From NCBI GenBank assembly GCA_964592405.1, contig CAZQBY010000002.1:58353-122352 (forward strand): a stretch of 64,000 nt of DNA. The letters are read 5' to 3'. The stretch is from an uncultured archaeon. GTDB taxonomy: Archaea > Altiarchaeota > Altiarchaeia > JAFGQM01. The notes under the pieces are model-generated. The model made no database searches. It was not told the origin of the DNA and was given only the letters and a program-made list of their open reading frames with translations. Below are positions 28,085 to 38,171 of this stretch, piece after piece (position 1 is the first letter of the stretch; each line of letters opens with the position of its first letter). The translations under genes and the position numbers were made by a program.

Positions 28085-29160
28085 GCGGAAATGATATGCT
28101 CCGGACTAAACTCTGGCTCAAGGGCCTCTTTTCAGATTATTACTCCGGCTTGGATAAACCTCCGCCTGTATCCGAACTCCACCGGAGAGAGTTTGGCTTC
28201 GGTTCATTCTCAAAGAAGATTGTTGTCCGTCACCGGGCATTCCGAGACCAGAAAGAGCTGGATGAGTATCTGAAAAGAGAAGCACCGGCTCATGTAAGCC
28301 ATTCCACTGCCCGCTATGAGTTTCCGGCAGCAGAGGATATGACTGAGAAGGTCTGGCTGGGGAGTGATCTGGTATTTGACATAGATATAGGTGACCTCAA
28401 TCTGAAGCACCAGCACGAGAGTGGATGGATATGTGAGGAATGTTTTACAGCCCTGAAGGAGGAAGCCTATAAACTCATCGATTTTCTGGGTGATGATTTC
28501 GGATTTGCGAAGGATGAGCTCTTGGTCAACTTCTCGGGATCCAGAGGCTACCATGTGAGAATAAAAAACGAGAAAGTCCTCACGCTGGACAGCAAGGCGA
28601 GGAAGGAGATATGCAGCTATTTGAGCCTTGATATGAATCTGAATGAACTTATCGTTGAGCATGAGGGGATGATACTCGGGCCGCGCCCGGATCAGCATGG
28701 GCTGAAGGGCCGTATCGCTAAGACGGTGATAAACAGAATTGCCAACTCCGAAATGAAAAACCGGGAGTGGGTGATCAAACAGATAGGGGAGGGCAACTGG
28801 GGGGCCTTTCCGAGGGGGTATGGCCTGAAGAAGGTAATAGAATATATAAGAGATGCTGCAGTTAGAATACCAGTGGATTCAAGGGTTACCACAGATTTGA
28901 CGCATTTGATACGTATGGCCGACACCCTCCACGGAGGCAGCAGTCTGCTGGCAAAGACCGTCAGCAATCTGGACCGCTTCAATCCCCTCAGCGACTGCTT
29001 TGTCTTCAACGATATGGAAACAGAGGTGGAGTTTGTAATGAAAACCCCAGAGTTGGTGGCTAAGGAGCAGACATTTGGACCGTTTGAAAAGGGTAGGGCC
29101 AGACTGCCGAGGTATCTGGCCGCTTATCTGGGGGCGAAGGGGAGGTGCACAGTAGGATGA
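28081..29160 (+). CDS. priS: DNA primase small subunit
   Basis: REFGFG, LVFDID, FSGSRGYH and RMADTLHG motifs; ATGA overlap with priL. Confidence 0.92.
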   Translation: MSGNDMLRTKLWLKGLFSDYYSGLDKPPPVSELHRREFGFGSFSKKIVVRHRAFRDQKELDEYLKREAPAHVSHSTARYEFPAAEDMTEKVWLGSDLVFDIDIGDLNLKHQHESGWICEECFTALKEEAYKLIDFLGDDFGFAKDELLVNFSGSRGYHVRIKNEKVLTLDSKARKEICSYLSLDMNLNELIVEHEGMILGPRPDQHGLKGRIAKTVINRIANSEMKNREWVIKQIGEGNWGAFPRGYGLKKVIEYIRDAAVRIPVDSRVTTDLTHLIRMADTLHGGSSLLAKTVSNLDRFNPLSDCFVFNDMETEVEFVMKTPELVAKEQTFGPFEKGRARLPRYLAAYLGAKGRCTVG

Positions 29161-29924
29161 TAAAGGGTTACATATTTGATATGGACGGTGTCATCTGGGA
29201 TGGTAACAGGAGAATACCACATGCCGTCGACGGGATAAACAGGGTAATCCGGGCCGGCAGAGAGTATATGTTCATGACAAATAATGCCCTCAGGTCCAGA
29301 AAGAGCTATGTGGAAAGGCTTGAAAGACATGGTATTAGGACAGGTCCGGAGCATGTGGTAACTGCCTCTTACGCAGCAGGCCTCTACATCAGGAGGAAAA
29401 GCGGCCCCTCGTGCACATACCCGATGGGGACCAGAGAACTCGGGGATGAGCTGGAATCAGCAGGCCATAAAATTGTGGATGAGGGAGCAGACTTTGTGGT
29501 TGTTGGACTGGACAAGGAGCTGACCTACTCCAAAATGGACAAGGCCTTCAGAAATCTGCTGGCTGGAGCGGAGCTGATAGCATGTGCCCCGGATTTAACA
29601 TATCTTGAGGATGGGCACAAACATATAGGCAGCGGAGCATTTGCAAGGGTTTTGGAAATGGTCTCCGGCAGGGAGCTGATCATAGTGGGCAAACCCAACA
29701 CCATCATGGTGGAGCTTGCCATAGAAAAGATGAGGCTGAAACCGGAAGAGGTGCTGATGGTGGGCGATAAGCTTCATACGGATATTCTAGCCGCAAAAAA
29801 AGCAGGCATGAGAGCAGCACTGGTCCTTACCGGAGAAACAGACTTGACAGATGTCGGAAAATCAAACATAAAGCCGGATTACATAATAAAGGATCTGAGA
29901 GAGCTTCCGGAAGAGGGCTGCTGA
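29157..29924 (+). CDS. HAD-IIA (NagD-like) phosphatase
   Basis: FDMDGV, TNN, GKP and VGDKLHTDI motifs. Confidence 0.92.
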   Translation: MIKGYIFDMDGVIWDGNRRIPHAVDGINRVIRAGREYMFMTNNALRSRKSYVERLERHGIRTGPEHVVTASYAAGLYIRRKSGPSCTYPMGTRELGDELESAGHKIVDEGADFVVVGLDKELTYSKMDKAFRNLLAGAELIACAPDLTYLEDGHKHIGSGAFARVLEMVSGRELIIVGKPNTIMVELAIEKMRLKPEEVLMVGDKLHTDILAAKKAGMRAALVLTGETDLTDVGKSNIKPDYIIKDLRELPEEGC

Positions 29925-29938
29925 ACCAATGGACGTCC

Positions 29939-31339
29939 TCAGGCCTCAGTCAGCTTCATCTGCTTGGCTCTCAGTCCGCCGAGCTCACTTGGATAATCCT
30001 CATTCAAGCAGGCCATACAAAGACTCTTCCTAGGTATGCCCAAGGCTTCAACCAGATTGTCTATTGTATTGTAGGCTATTGAGTCAACACCTATGAATCT
30101 TCCGATCTCCTCTACAGTCTTTTCATTGGCTATGAACTGCTTGTATTGCTGCATATCCACCCCATAGAAACATGGGGCTATGATTGGCGGGCATGATATC
30201 CTCAGATGTATCTTTTTCGCCCCTACCTGCCTGACCAGGGCGACTATCTGCTTCATTGTCGTGCCGCGGACTATTGAATCATCAACAAGTATGACCTCCT
30301 TTCCCTTTATCTCTTCCTCCAATGGTATGATTTTTGTGCGGACTATCTGGTCTCTCTTGGCCTGTGAAGGCATGATGAAGCTCCTGCCGGCATAACGGTT
30401 CCTCAGCAATGCCTCGGTGTAGGGTATTCCACTCACCTCCGAATAACCAATAGCAGATGCAACGCCGGAGTAGGGCACAGCAGAGACTATATCTGCTTCC
30501 ACGGGGAAGTCCCTAGCCAACAGCCTGCCCAAGGTCTTTCTGGCCTTGTAAACCGAAACATTGTTGAGTGTTGAATCAGGGCGGGAGAAGTATACATATT
30601 CAAACATACAATAGGCACGCCTGTTTATCCTGCCTATGCGGTCTGTGTGGATCCCGTCCTTGTTCACACACACAATCTCACCCGGCTTAACGTCCCGCAC
30701 AACCTTGGATGGTAGAATCTCAAAGGCACAGTCCTCCGAAGCGAATGCATACCCCCCAGGAAAGTCGCACATCATCAGCGGCCGGAATCCAAAGGGATCA
30801 CGAATAGCATAAAGTTCATCAGGTGTCAGTATGAGGAGGGAATAGGCACCATCAAGATGGCGGGCTGCATTCTTTATGGCTGAAAAGAAGTTCTCTTCCT
30901 TGAGATACTCGCTAACCAGTATCTTGGAGATGACTTCCGTATCAGCCGAAGTAGAGAAGGTATGCCCCCTTTCAATAAGCCTCTCACGCAGTTCGGTGAA
31001 GTTGACCAGATTGCCGTTGTGGGCTATGGCAAACTGAATATTTGCCCCTTTGGTTATGAATGGTTGGGCATTGTTTATATCAGACTCTCCGGCAGTTGAA
31101 TATCTAACATGACCTATCCCCATATTGCCCTTTACCTCGCCCAGAATCCTGCCGTTGAACACCTGATTGACCAATCCCATTCCGCGTATGAGGTCTATTT
31201 CACCATTTCTGACAACCGCCATGCCTGCCGACTCCTGGCCGCGGTGCTGAAGAGCCGACAAGCCGTAGTATATCCTTGTTGCACAGTCTGACTTGGAGAG
31301 GATACCGAATACCCCACAGCTTTCCCTAGGACCAAACAT
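29939..31339 (-). CDS. purF: Amidophosphoribosyltransferase
   Basis: ESCG N-terminal nucleophile, QHRGQE, HNGNL and VDDSIVRGTT motifs. Confidence 0.96.
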   Translation of the reverse strand: MFGPRESCGVFGILSKSDCATRIYYGLSALQHRGQESAGMAVVRNGEIDLIRGMGLVNQVFNGRILGEVKGNMGIGHVRYSTAGESDINNAQPFITKGANIQFAIAHNGNLVNFTELRERLIERGHTFSTSADTEVISKILVSEYLKEENFFSAIKNAARHLDGAYSLLILTPDELYAIRDPFGFRPLMMCDFPGGYAFASEDCAFEILPSKVVRDVKPGEIVCVNKDGIHTDRIGRINRRAYCMFEYVYFSRPDSTLNNVSVYKARKTLGRLLARDFPVEADIVSAVPYSGVASAIGYSEVSGIPYTEALLRNRYAGRSFIMPSQAKRDQIVRTKIIPLEEEIKGKEVILVDDSIVRGTTMKQIVALVRQVGAKKIHLRISCPPIIAPCFYGVDMQQYKQFIANEKTVEEIGRFIGVDSIAYNTIDNLVEALGIPRKSLCMACLNEDYPSELGGLRAKQMKLTEA

Positions 31340-31436
31340 CTTCTAGTTATCTATCTTAAGAAAACATATAAACACACGGCAGACCATGTAGTGTTGTGAT
31401 TGTAAAGTTTTTTAATGGAAAGAGGAAAATAGGTCT

Positions 31437-32756
31437 ATGACCAATGAGGATGTGAAGGGTGTGGTTCCGGAAAGGACAAAGGATGCATACTGCAGCATAC
31501 TTCAATGGATGCTACAAAGCACTGAATGGCGGAGGGAGTGTATAAATCTAATAGCAAGTGAGAATGTTGTCAGCCCTGCAGTAAGGGCGGCATTGGTCAG
31601 TGATTTTGGGGGGAGGTATGCAGAAGGTCGCCCCGGAGAGCGTTTCTATCAGGGAAGTTGGATGTTTGATGAGATAGAGATAATCGGTCAGGAGCTGGTC
31701 AAACGCCTGTTTGATTGTGATTACGCAGATCTAAGCCCCCTGTCCGGTGCAAACGGCAACCTTGCAGCCCTTATGGCACTTACCCGAAAGGGTGATAAGA
31801 TAATGAGCCTGTCGCTACAACATGGGGCCCATATAACCCAGACCAGCGTCTCTGCAGCCGGGGTACTAGGACTTAAGTCTGTCTATTTCCCGTTTGATGT
31901 TAAGAAAATGAATATTGATGCCGAAAAAGCAAAGAAGCTCATAATCAAAACCAGACCAAAACTGGTAATCACAGCCGGATCAATATACCTTTTCCCACAT
32001 CCGGTAGAAGAGCTGAAGGAGGCATGCGACAGGGTTGGTGCACATATTATGTATGATGGAGCGCATGTAGCTGGTTTGATAGCAGGAAAGGCATTTCCAA
32101 ACCCGTTCGAACAGGGAGCTGATGTGGTAACCTTCTCAACCCACAAAACATTTCCCGGCCCCCAGGGAGGGATGATACTCTATAATGATTCACTGGATAA
32201 CAGTCTGAAAAAGCGGCTTAGAAATGCAACATTCCCTCGCCTGGTCAGTAACCATCATCTCCACCATGTTGCCGGAAAGGCGATAGCTGCTGCTGAGATG
32301 CTGGAATTCGGAATGGAGTATGCCGAACAGACAATCACCAATGCGAAGATGCTCGCAAAGATGTTGGATGAAAACGGTATAACGGTTCTGGCAAAGAAGA
32401 ACGGCTTTACTGAATCGCACCAAGTCCTCATGGATGTGAGCAGACAGGGTGGTGGAAGGGAGATTGCCGAGAAGATGGAGCGTGCCAATATCATAGTGAG
32501 CAAGCAGGTTCTGCCATGGGAAAACGATTTCATCAATCCTTCAGGTATAAGGCTGGGAACGCAGGAAGTAACGCGTCTTGGTATGGGAGAGGATGAGATG
32601 TCAGCAATTGCCGAGCTCATAAAGAGAATAGTAATTGACGGGGAAGATGCCAAGAGGGTCAAGCCGGATGTAATGGTCCTTAAAAAGAACTTCAACAAGG
32701 TCAGATACTGCTTTGAGCCAGGAGAGGCCTATGATTATATAGACAGGATAATATGA
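31437..32756 (+). CDS. glyA: Serine hydroxymethyltransferase
   Basis: NLIASEN, RYAEG, THKTFPGPQGG and GIRLGT motifs. Confidence 0.95.
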   Translation: MTNEDVKGVVPERTKDAYCSILQWMLQSTEWRRECINLIASENVVSPAVRAALVSDFGGRYAEGRPGERFYQGSWMFDEIEIIGQELVKRLFDCDYADLSPLSGANGNLAALMALTRKGDKIMSLSLQHGAHITQTSVSAAGVLGLKSVYFPFDVKKMNIDAEKAKKLIIKTRPKLVITAGSIYLFPHPVEELKEACDRVGAHIMYDGAHVAGLIAGKAFPNPFEQGADVVTFSTHKTFPGPQGGMILYNDSLDNSLKKRLRNATFPRLVSNHHLHHVAGKAIAAAEMLEFGMEYAEQTITNAKMLAKMLDENGITVLAKKNGFTESHQVLMDVSRQGGGREIAEKMERANIIVSKQVLPWENDFINPSGIRLGTQEVTRLGMGEDEMSAIAELIKRIVIDGEDAKRVKPDVMVLKKNFNKVRYCFEPGEAYDYIDRII

Positions 32757-32769
32757 TAGATAGGATAAT

Positions 32770-33378
32770 ATGAAACTCACAGATGAACAGGGAAAGAAGG
32801 CAGTGCATATAGCCAGAAGGACTGTGGACACCTTTGTCAGAGGGAGGGGGAGGTATGTGCCAGAGGAATTTCCAGAAATCTTTAAAGAGAAGCGTGGGGT
32901 GTTTGTAACCCTGCAGAAATATCCGGGTGGAGAGCTTCGGGGCTGTATAGGCTTTCCTGAACCAGTGGCACAATTGATAGACGCACTCATTGATTCGGCC
33001 ATATCGGCAGCGTCCAGGGATCCAAGATTCGAGCCGGTCAGGGAGGATGAACTGGATGGAATAACCGTTGAGGTCTCAGTTCTAACGCCTCCGCAGTTGC
33101 TGAAAGTAAAGGATACACAAGATTACCCGAAGAGAATCAGTATAGGCAGAGACGGGTTGATTATAAGGCAGGGATTTGCATCCGGGTTGCTGTTGCCGCA
33201 GGTCCCGGTAGAGTGGGGATGGGATGAGGAGGAATTCCTCTCACAGACATGCTGGAAGGCAGGGCTTCCGCCAGACGCATGGCTAGACCCGGAAGCTGAG
33301 ATCTATTCATTCCAAGCACAAATTTGGACGGAGAAGACGCCAAGAGGAGAGGTTGTGAAAAAGGAACTAGATAAGTAG
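32770..33378 (+). CDS. AmmeMemoRadiSam protein A (AMMECR1 family)
   Basis: GVFVTL, LRGCIG and GLLLPQV motifs. Confidence 0.93.
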   Translation: MKLTDEQGKKAVHIARRTVDTFVRGRGRYVPEEFPEIFKEKRGVFVTLQKYPGGELRGCIGFPEPVAQLIDALIDSAISAASRDPRFEPVREDELDGITVEVSVLTPPQLLKVKDTQDYPKRISIGRDGLIIRQGFASGLLLPQVPVEWGWDEEEFLSQTCWKAGLPPDAWLDPEAEIYSFQAQIWTEKTPRGEVVKKELDK

Positions 33379-33768
33379 ATATGGCTTCTCCTCAATCACC
33401 CTTTTATATTTCCTATAAAAGCTGTTGACAGTTTTGGTATCTATCCGTTTTCCAAAGCACTCATGGGGCACAAGGGCGCCACTGAAAGTCTTTGGCACGT
33501 GGAGAAGCTCGTGAATAAGTGTCTTATCCTGTTCCTCTTCTGACATATTATCAAATTTTTCGGAGATTACTTCTATTATATAATATGCCCTGAGGTAGAG
33601 GGCCTGTTGCCATATCCTTGGCAACCCCCATATACGCGCAACGGCACGTGTCTTTGCACCGGTAGAACGCATGCAGATTATATGCTTGCCGCTAACATGT
33701 TTCAGATCCAACGCACGCACCATGGCCCTTATCCTGTGGTCAATATCCGGAGCCAGCTCAGTCTTCAT
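33367..33768 (-). CDS. Putative metallopeptidase (HExxH)
   Basis: ARIWGLP, YIIEVISE and LIHELLH motifs. Confidence 0.8.
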   Translation of the reverse strand: MKTELAPDIDHRIRAMVRALDLKHVSGKHIICMRSTGAKTRAVARIWGLPRIWQQALYLRAYYIIEVISEKFDNMSEEEQDKTLIHELLHVPKTFSGALVPHECFGKRIDTKTVNSFYRKYKRVIEEKPYLLI

Positions 33769-34999
33769 CCTTCAGCAGATCTCTGCTTATCTTGACAGAG
33801 CAGAATTCCCCGCACATGGAGCATGCCTCATCACTCCTGGCTGGGCATTCCCCACGCATCCTCCGGGCAGTGGAGGGATCTATCGCCAGTTCAAACATTC
33901 TCTTCCAGTCTAGGGCCGCGCGCGCCTTTGACATATCATCATCCCAGTTGCGGGCGCCCGGGAGACCCTTAGCAATATCTGCAGCATGGGCAGCAATCCT
34001 ACTGGAAATAGTCGCCATTTTTATATCTTCTATGTCCGGAAGGCCCAGATGCTCCTTCGGACTTACAGCACAAAGATAATCCGCCCCGTAGTAGGCTGCC
34101 AGTGTGCCCCCAATGGCCGATGTGATGTGATCATAGCCTGGAGCAATATCAGTTACCAGAGGGCCAAGAACATAAAACGGTGCCCCATGGCATATCCTTT
34201 TTTCCTGCTTTATGTTGAACTCAATTTGGTCCAGCGGAACATGACCGGGGCCCTCAATTATAACCTGAACCCCCTTATTCTGTGCACGCCTGGTAAGCCT
34301 GCCAAGAATTCTCAGCTCATGCAGCTGTGCCTCATCTGTGGCATCCCCCAAACAACCGGGCCGCAGGCCATCGCCAAGGCTTATGACAACCTCATATTCC
34401 CTGAGTATGTCCAGTATGGAGTCAAAGCCTGTGTACAGAGGGTTTTCAGCCTGGTTCTCCAGCATCCACTTTACAAGGAAGGAACCGCCACGGCTGACCA
34501 CGCCCATCATACGCTTCTTTATGAGAGGCAGAGCTGCACGCGTCAAACCGCAGTGTAGTGTAACAAAATCCACGCCGTCCCTGCAATGGTGTTCAATAGT
34601 GTTGAGTATATGATCTATGCTCATGTCTTCAATCCCGCCGTTGGTTATGGCTGCCTGATATATGGGCACAGTCCCAAGCGGTAGGCCGGATTCCCTCAGC
34701 AGCCGGGCGCGCACCCTGTCAATATCGCCACCAGTGCTCAGGTCCATGACAGTATCTGCCCCATATTTTACGGCAATCTTGAGCTTCCTGACTTCATTGT
34801 TTATGTCCTCCCTTGCCGGGCTGGTTCCAAGGTTGACGTTTATCTTGGTTCGCAGACCTTCCCCTATGCCCAATGGCCTGATATCCCTACGGGCATTTTT
34901 GACAATGACCACCCTGCCATCCTCAGTAAGGCGGGACAGCTTTTCAGAACTTATGCCCTCATCTTCTGCTACAGTCTCCAGTAGTTCTCTCGCAACCAT
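33758..34999 (-). CDS. thiC: Phosphomethylpyrimidine synthase
   Basis: TKINVNLG, MDLSTGG, SRGGS, EGPGH and C-terminal CSMCGEFC. Confidence 0.96.
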   Translation of the reverse strand: MVARELLETVAEDEGISSEKLSRLTEDGRVVIVKNARRDIRPLGIGEGLRTKINVNLGTSPAREDINNEVRKLKIAVKYGADTVMDLSTGGDIDRVRARLLRESGLPLGTVPIYQAAITNGGIEDMSIDHILNTIEHHCRDGVDFVTLHCGLTRAALPLIKKRMMGVVSRGGSFLVKWMLENQAENPLYTGFDSILDILREYEVVISLGDGLRPGCLGDATDEAQLHELRILGRLTRRAQNKGVQVIIEGPGHVPLDQIEFNIKQEKRICHGAPFYVLGPLVTDIAPGYDHITSAIGGTLAAYYGADYLCAVSPKEHLGLPDIEDIKMATISSRIAAHAADIAKGLPGARNWDDDMSKARAALDWKRMFELAIDPSTARRMRGECPARSDEACSMCGEFCSVKISRDLLKDED

Positions 35000-35140
35000 G
35001 CCAGCTTATTTTTAATTTCTATCAATAAAACCTACAAGCAAATCGACAAATAGAAGATAATAATAGTATTATTAAAAGTATATTTTCTAGAACAATAAAA
35101 ACCGATACATTTTTATAGGCTTAATAGCAATATACTCACG

Positions 35141-35220
35141 GGTTGGGCTTGGGAGTCTGGCAACAGCTCCCCTCTATTTCTCCCTAATGCTTATGGATGA
35201 GCATAGCCGGCCGTTCAACT
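35141..35220 (+). ncRNA. Candidate structured small RNA or leader (three-way junction)
   Basis: GGGAG(U)CUG-GCAA-CAG-CUCCC hairpin, AUGCUUA-UGGA-UGAGCAU hairpin, closing GGCU/AGCC stem; TTTTATA upstream and a short T-run downstream. Confidence 0.3.
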
Positions 35221-35246
35221 TTTATTAATCTTCCAGTAATTAGCCC

Positions 35247-35555
35247 ATGCTTGTCATAGCCTATATTCCGTGCAGTTCCGAGGAGGAGGCACAGAGGATT
35301 TCCAAAAGCCTCATAGCGGAGAAGCTGGTCGCATGCGTCAACATAATCAAGAGCAGGTCCATATATCTGTGGGAGGGCCAGCCGAGGAGTGAAAATGAGT
35401 GGATAATTCTTGGCAAGAGTCTGCCAAAAATGTTTCCGGCAATCAAAAAACGTGTTATGGAGCTGCACTCCTATGAGCTTCCTTGCATAATAGGGATACC
35501 TGTGGCAGACGTCAATGAACCCTATCTGGAATGGGTGGAAGATCAGGTAAAATGA
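35247..35555 (+). CDS. cutA: Divalent-cation tolerance protein CutA
   Basis: LVACVNI, SIYLWEG and HSYELPCI motifs. Confidence 0.93.
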   Translation: MLVIAYIPCSSEEEAQRISKSLIAEKLVACVNIIKSRSIYLWEGQPRSENEWIILGKSLPKMFPAIKKRVMELHSYELPCIIGIPVADVNEPYLEWVEDQVK

Positions 35556-36205
35556 ACAAACGTCACCTTATGGAGCACCTGATAAAGACCAATCACATAA
35601 AGAGTGTGGCAGTCGAGAAGGCCTTCATGAACGTGGATCGCGGCAATTTTATACCGGAGGACCAGAAGGGGATGGCTTACTATGACATCCCCCTCTCTAT
35701 CCCCGGCGGACAGACAATATCAGCCCCCTCAATGGTGGCCACAATGCTAGAGGTTGCAGAGCTCAAGCCCGGGTTGAAGGTACTGGAGATCGGAGCCGGC
35801 TCCGGATGGAATGCCGCACTGCTGGCAGAGATAATCGGACAGGAGAATGTTATAACCATAGAGCGTCTGCCCGAGCTGGTTGCCTTCGCCAAGATAAATC
35901 TGGAGAAGAACGGTTATGGGAAAGTGAAGGTGATTAGGGGTGATGGCAGCTTGGGATATCCGGAGGAGGCACCATACGACAGGATAATCTCAACGGCTGC
36001 AGCCCCAAGGATACCCCGGTCATGGATAGACCAGCTAAAGCCCGGCGGGCTTATAGTAGCCCCCATAGGGGGGCGCCACTTCTATCAGGAGCTTATAGTT
36101 ACACGCAAGAACAGTAATGGGCGCATGAACCAGCTCAGATACGGAGGATGTGTCTTTGTCCCGCTTATAGGGGCACAGGGGTGGCCCGAATATTCCGAAC
36201 GTTAA
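35552..36205 (+). CDS. pcm: Protein-L-isoaspartate O-methyltransferase
   Basis: QTISAP, VLEIGAGSGW, GDGSLGYPEEAPYDRI and FVPL motifs; ATG 35552 overlaps the cutA stop. Confidence 0.94.
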   Translation: MNKRHLMEHLIKTNHIKSVAVEKAFMNVDRGNFIPEDQKGMAYYDIPLSIPGGQTISAPSMVATMLEVAELKPGLKVLEIGAGSGWNAALLAEIIGQENVITIERLPELVAFAKINLEKNGYGKVKVIRGDGSLGYPEEAPYDRIISTAAAPRIPRSWIDQLKPGGLIVAPIGGRHFYQELIVTRKNSNGRMNQLRYGGCVFVPLIGAQGWPEYSER

Positions 36206-36321
36206 TCTGCAAAGAAACCTGTTGCCAGCAGAAACATGATGAAAACCAGTATGAACCCGCCTATTTCAAGGGAAACTGCTCTCCAGTTGATGTTTTTTAT
36301 GATTTTCCGGATATCTGCCAC
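36202..36321 (-). CDS. Possible 39-aa single-pass membrane microprotein
   Basis: My translation from GTG 36321: MADIRKIIKNINWRAVSLEIGGFILVFIMFLLATGFFAD. Confidence 0.4.
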   Translation of the reverse strand: MADIRKIIKNINWRAVSLEIGGFILVFIMFLLATGFFAD

Positions 36322-36399
36322 AGATAATTATGGTGGGGTGGGAGAAAAATGGTAGGAAAAAAGTGCAGAGAGTGTCTGCATGAAATGCTACCGTAACTA

Positions 36400-37344
36400 T
36401 CAACCCCCGATAAGGAAGGTGATTTTCAGCTCCTCAAAGCCGGGCTGGGAGAAGAGAAATCTGTAAGCACCCATCCTGACAGGAAAGGAAACCGAACCAT
36501 CCACTCCGAGTGTATACTCCCTGCCGTTTATGAAAACCGGCAGGCTGGCCAGCGCCTTGCCCATTGAGGTAAGGATTACAGTAAACGGCTTCTTCAGATC
36601 AGTTATGACTTTGGGGTAGTAGTCATATTCCACTCCTCTCAGGGAGCTGCCCCCAAAGCCTTCAGCAATGATGTCGGTGTTGTTTTTTTGTGAGAACTCT
36701 TCAGCTTTTTGCTGTTCAGCTCTGTGTTCCCTACAGCGCCTTGCAAGGTTCTGAGGCGGGATACGATCCGTATATTCTATCCCACAGTCTTCTGCATACC
36801 TCCTCCAAAACGGTCGTGAAGACTGTAATATCTTCTTTTGAACCGGCCCTCTATTAGGCTTTTCACCGCAGATGTCTGCAAAGCTGAGGAATTCCGGATA
36901 ACCGGATGGGAAGTTATCTGTGAAGTGAAAACCAAGAACATCACCATCACGCGCACAATAGTGGCCCTCATAGGACGGTGTCCTGTAGTCTCGATTCCAG
37001 CAGCCTCCGGCCGTGAAACCGACAGGTGAGTGGCAAGTCCAGCCATCTGAGCGGTTCAGTGAAAGGCTAAATGCCCAGTAGGAATTCCAGTCAGAACAGG
37101 CAGTCCCGACGGGCTCTGAACCCACGCCTTCTATCTTGCACAGCGCGCGCCCCCAAGGGCCATCATCAGACCATTCTGTCTCCAGTCCGGTGCTCCTCAG
37201 TATCCGATATGCACTGCTACCGTCTGGGACGGAAACACATCTTGGGATGATACTCCCATTAGGGAGTTCCACCACCACCCCAACCTCCGCACAAGACAGT
37301 CCTGCCAAAGCCAGAACCAACACCGGCAAAAACAACCTGTTCAT
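36400..37344 (-). CDS. Secreted protein with DUF4430 (transcobalamin-like) N-terminal domain
   Basis: Signal peptide MNRLFLPVLVLALAGLSCA; LCKIEGVG...YWAF...PVG...DGDVLGF pattern. Confidence 0.7.
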   Translation of the reverse strand: MNRLFLPVLVLALAGLSCAEVGVVVELPNGSIIPRCVSVPDGSSAYRILRSTGLETEWSDDGPWGRALCKIEGVGSEPVGTACSDWNSYWAFSLSLNRSDGWTCHSPVGFTAGGCWNRDYRTPSYEGHYCARDGDVLGFHFTDNFPSGYPEFLSFADICGEKPNRGPVQKKILQSSRPFWRRYAEDCGIEYTDRIPPQNLARRCREHRAEQQKAEEFSQKNNTDIIAEGFGGSSLRGVEYDYYPKVITDLKKPFTVILTSMGKALASLPVFINGREYTLGVDGSVSFPVRMGAYRFLFSQPGFEELKITFLIGG

Positions 37345-37458
37345 TTTGTTTGTATGATCAGCAAAAACAGCCATCAGTAAAGCTTGGATATTATATCCAA
37401 GTAAAGTCCCGTATTTTTAGAAACATGGGGTATAAAAATGCAGGATAATCAAGAATAA

Positions 37459-38046
37459 TCAGTTCAGTAGAGTCGAAGCTGCCACCCAGGCAGCCTCCTC
37501 GGCCATCTGCGGGTTGTCCTCGCTGCCGATAATAATAACGCTCTCGTCATCTGGTCTTAGAAGGCTTTTTATCTTCTGTGCATCATCAGGGTAGATCTCA
37601 TCTACCACCAGGCTCTCGTCAAATCCGGGCATAATGAGCCTGCCTTCTCGGACGACCAGGGTTGTTACACCACTCCGGCCGGCCTTTATTGCCTCATCTC
37701 TCTGCTCCATTCCGGACTTCACTTTTCCGGCCATATCCTTTATCATTACGATGCAGTTGTTGATTTTCTTGGTCATCTCCAGACGGCCAACGCGCTCTAC
37801 CCTTATCATCCCGTTTAGCTTTCTGATTACCTTCAAGCCGTGCTCGGTAAGCATCCTGCCGGAGCGGGCAGACCTCACCAGTCCATATTCCTCAAGCCTT
37901 CTGAGTATGGTCCGCAGGCTCCCCTCTCCCAGATTGGTTTTTGTTACAAGCATCTTGCGGCCCATGGGCTGGTTATTGGCTATCTTCCAGAAAACCCAGT
38001 TTACATGAGCTTCTTTGAACTTTGGGGGCGCTCCAGCTTTGGCCAT
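37459..38046 (-). CDS. Winged-helix protein, DUF4443-like
   Basis: PMGRK...LGEGSLRTILRRL HTH; GMEQRDEAIKAG. Confidence 0.75.
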   Translation of the reverse strand: MAKAGAPPKFKEAHVNWVFWKIANNQPMGRKMLVTKTNLGEGSLRTILRRLEEYGLVRSARSGRMLTEHGLKVIRKLNGMIRVERVGRLEMTKKINNCIVMIKDMAGKVKSGMEQRDEAIKAGRSGVTTLVVREGRLIMPGFDESLVVDEIYPDDAQKIKSLLRPDDESVIIIGSEDNPQMAEEAAWVAASTLLN

Positions 38047-38171
38047 TCTTTAGGAGTAGCTAGAGAATTATAAAAGAAAAGAATAAAAAATGAGGATGGA
38101 AATGAGGATAGTATGGGGGGTATAGAAATAACAAAGACTGGAAAGATGGATGGAGACCTTATATCATAATA

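Noticed and set aside
35000-35246. TPP riboswitch upstream of thiC (also looked upstream of thiM)
   Set aside because: No CUGAGA or ACCUGA...UAAUGC core on the thiC strand; the thiM spacer is only 46 nt.
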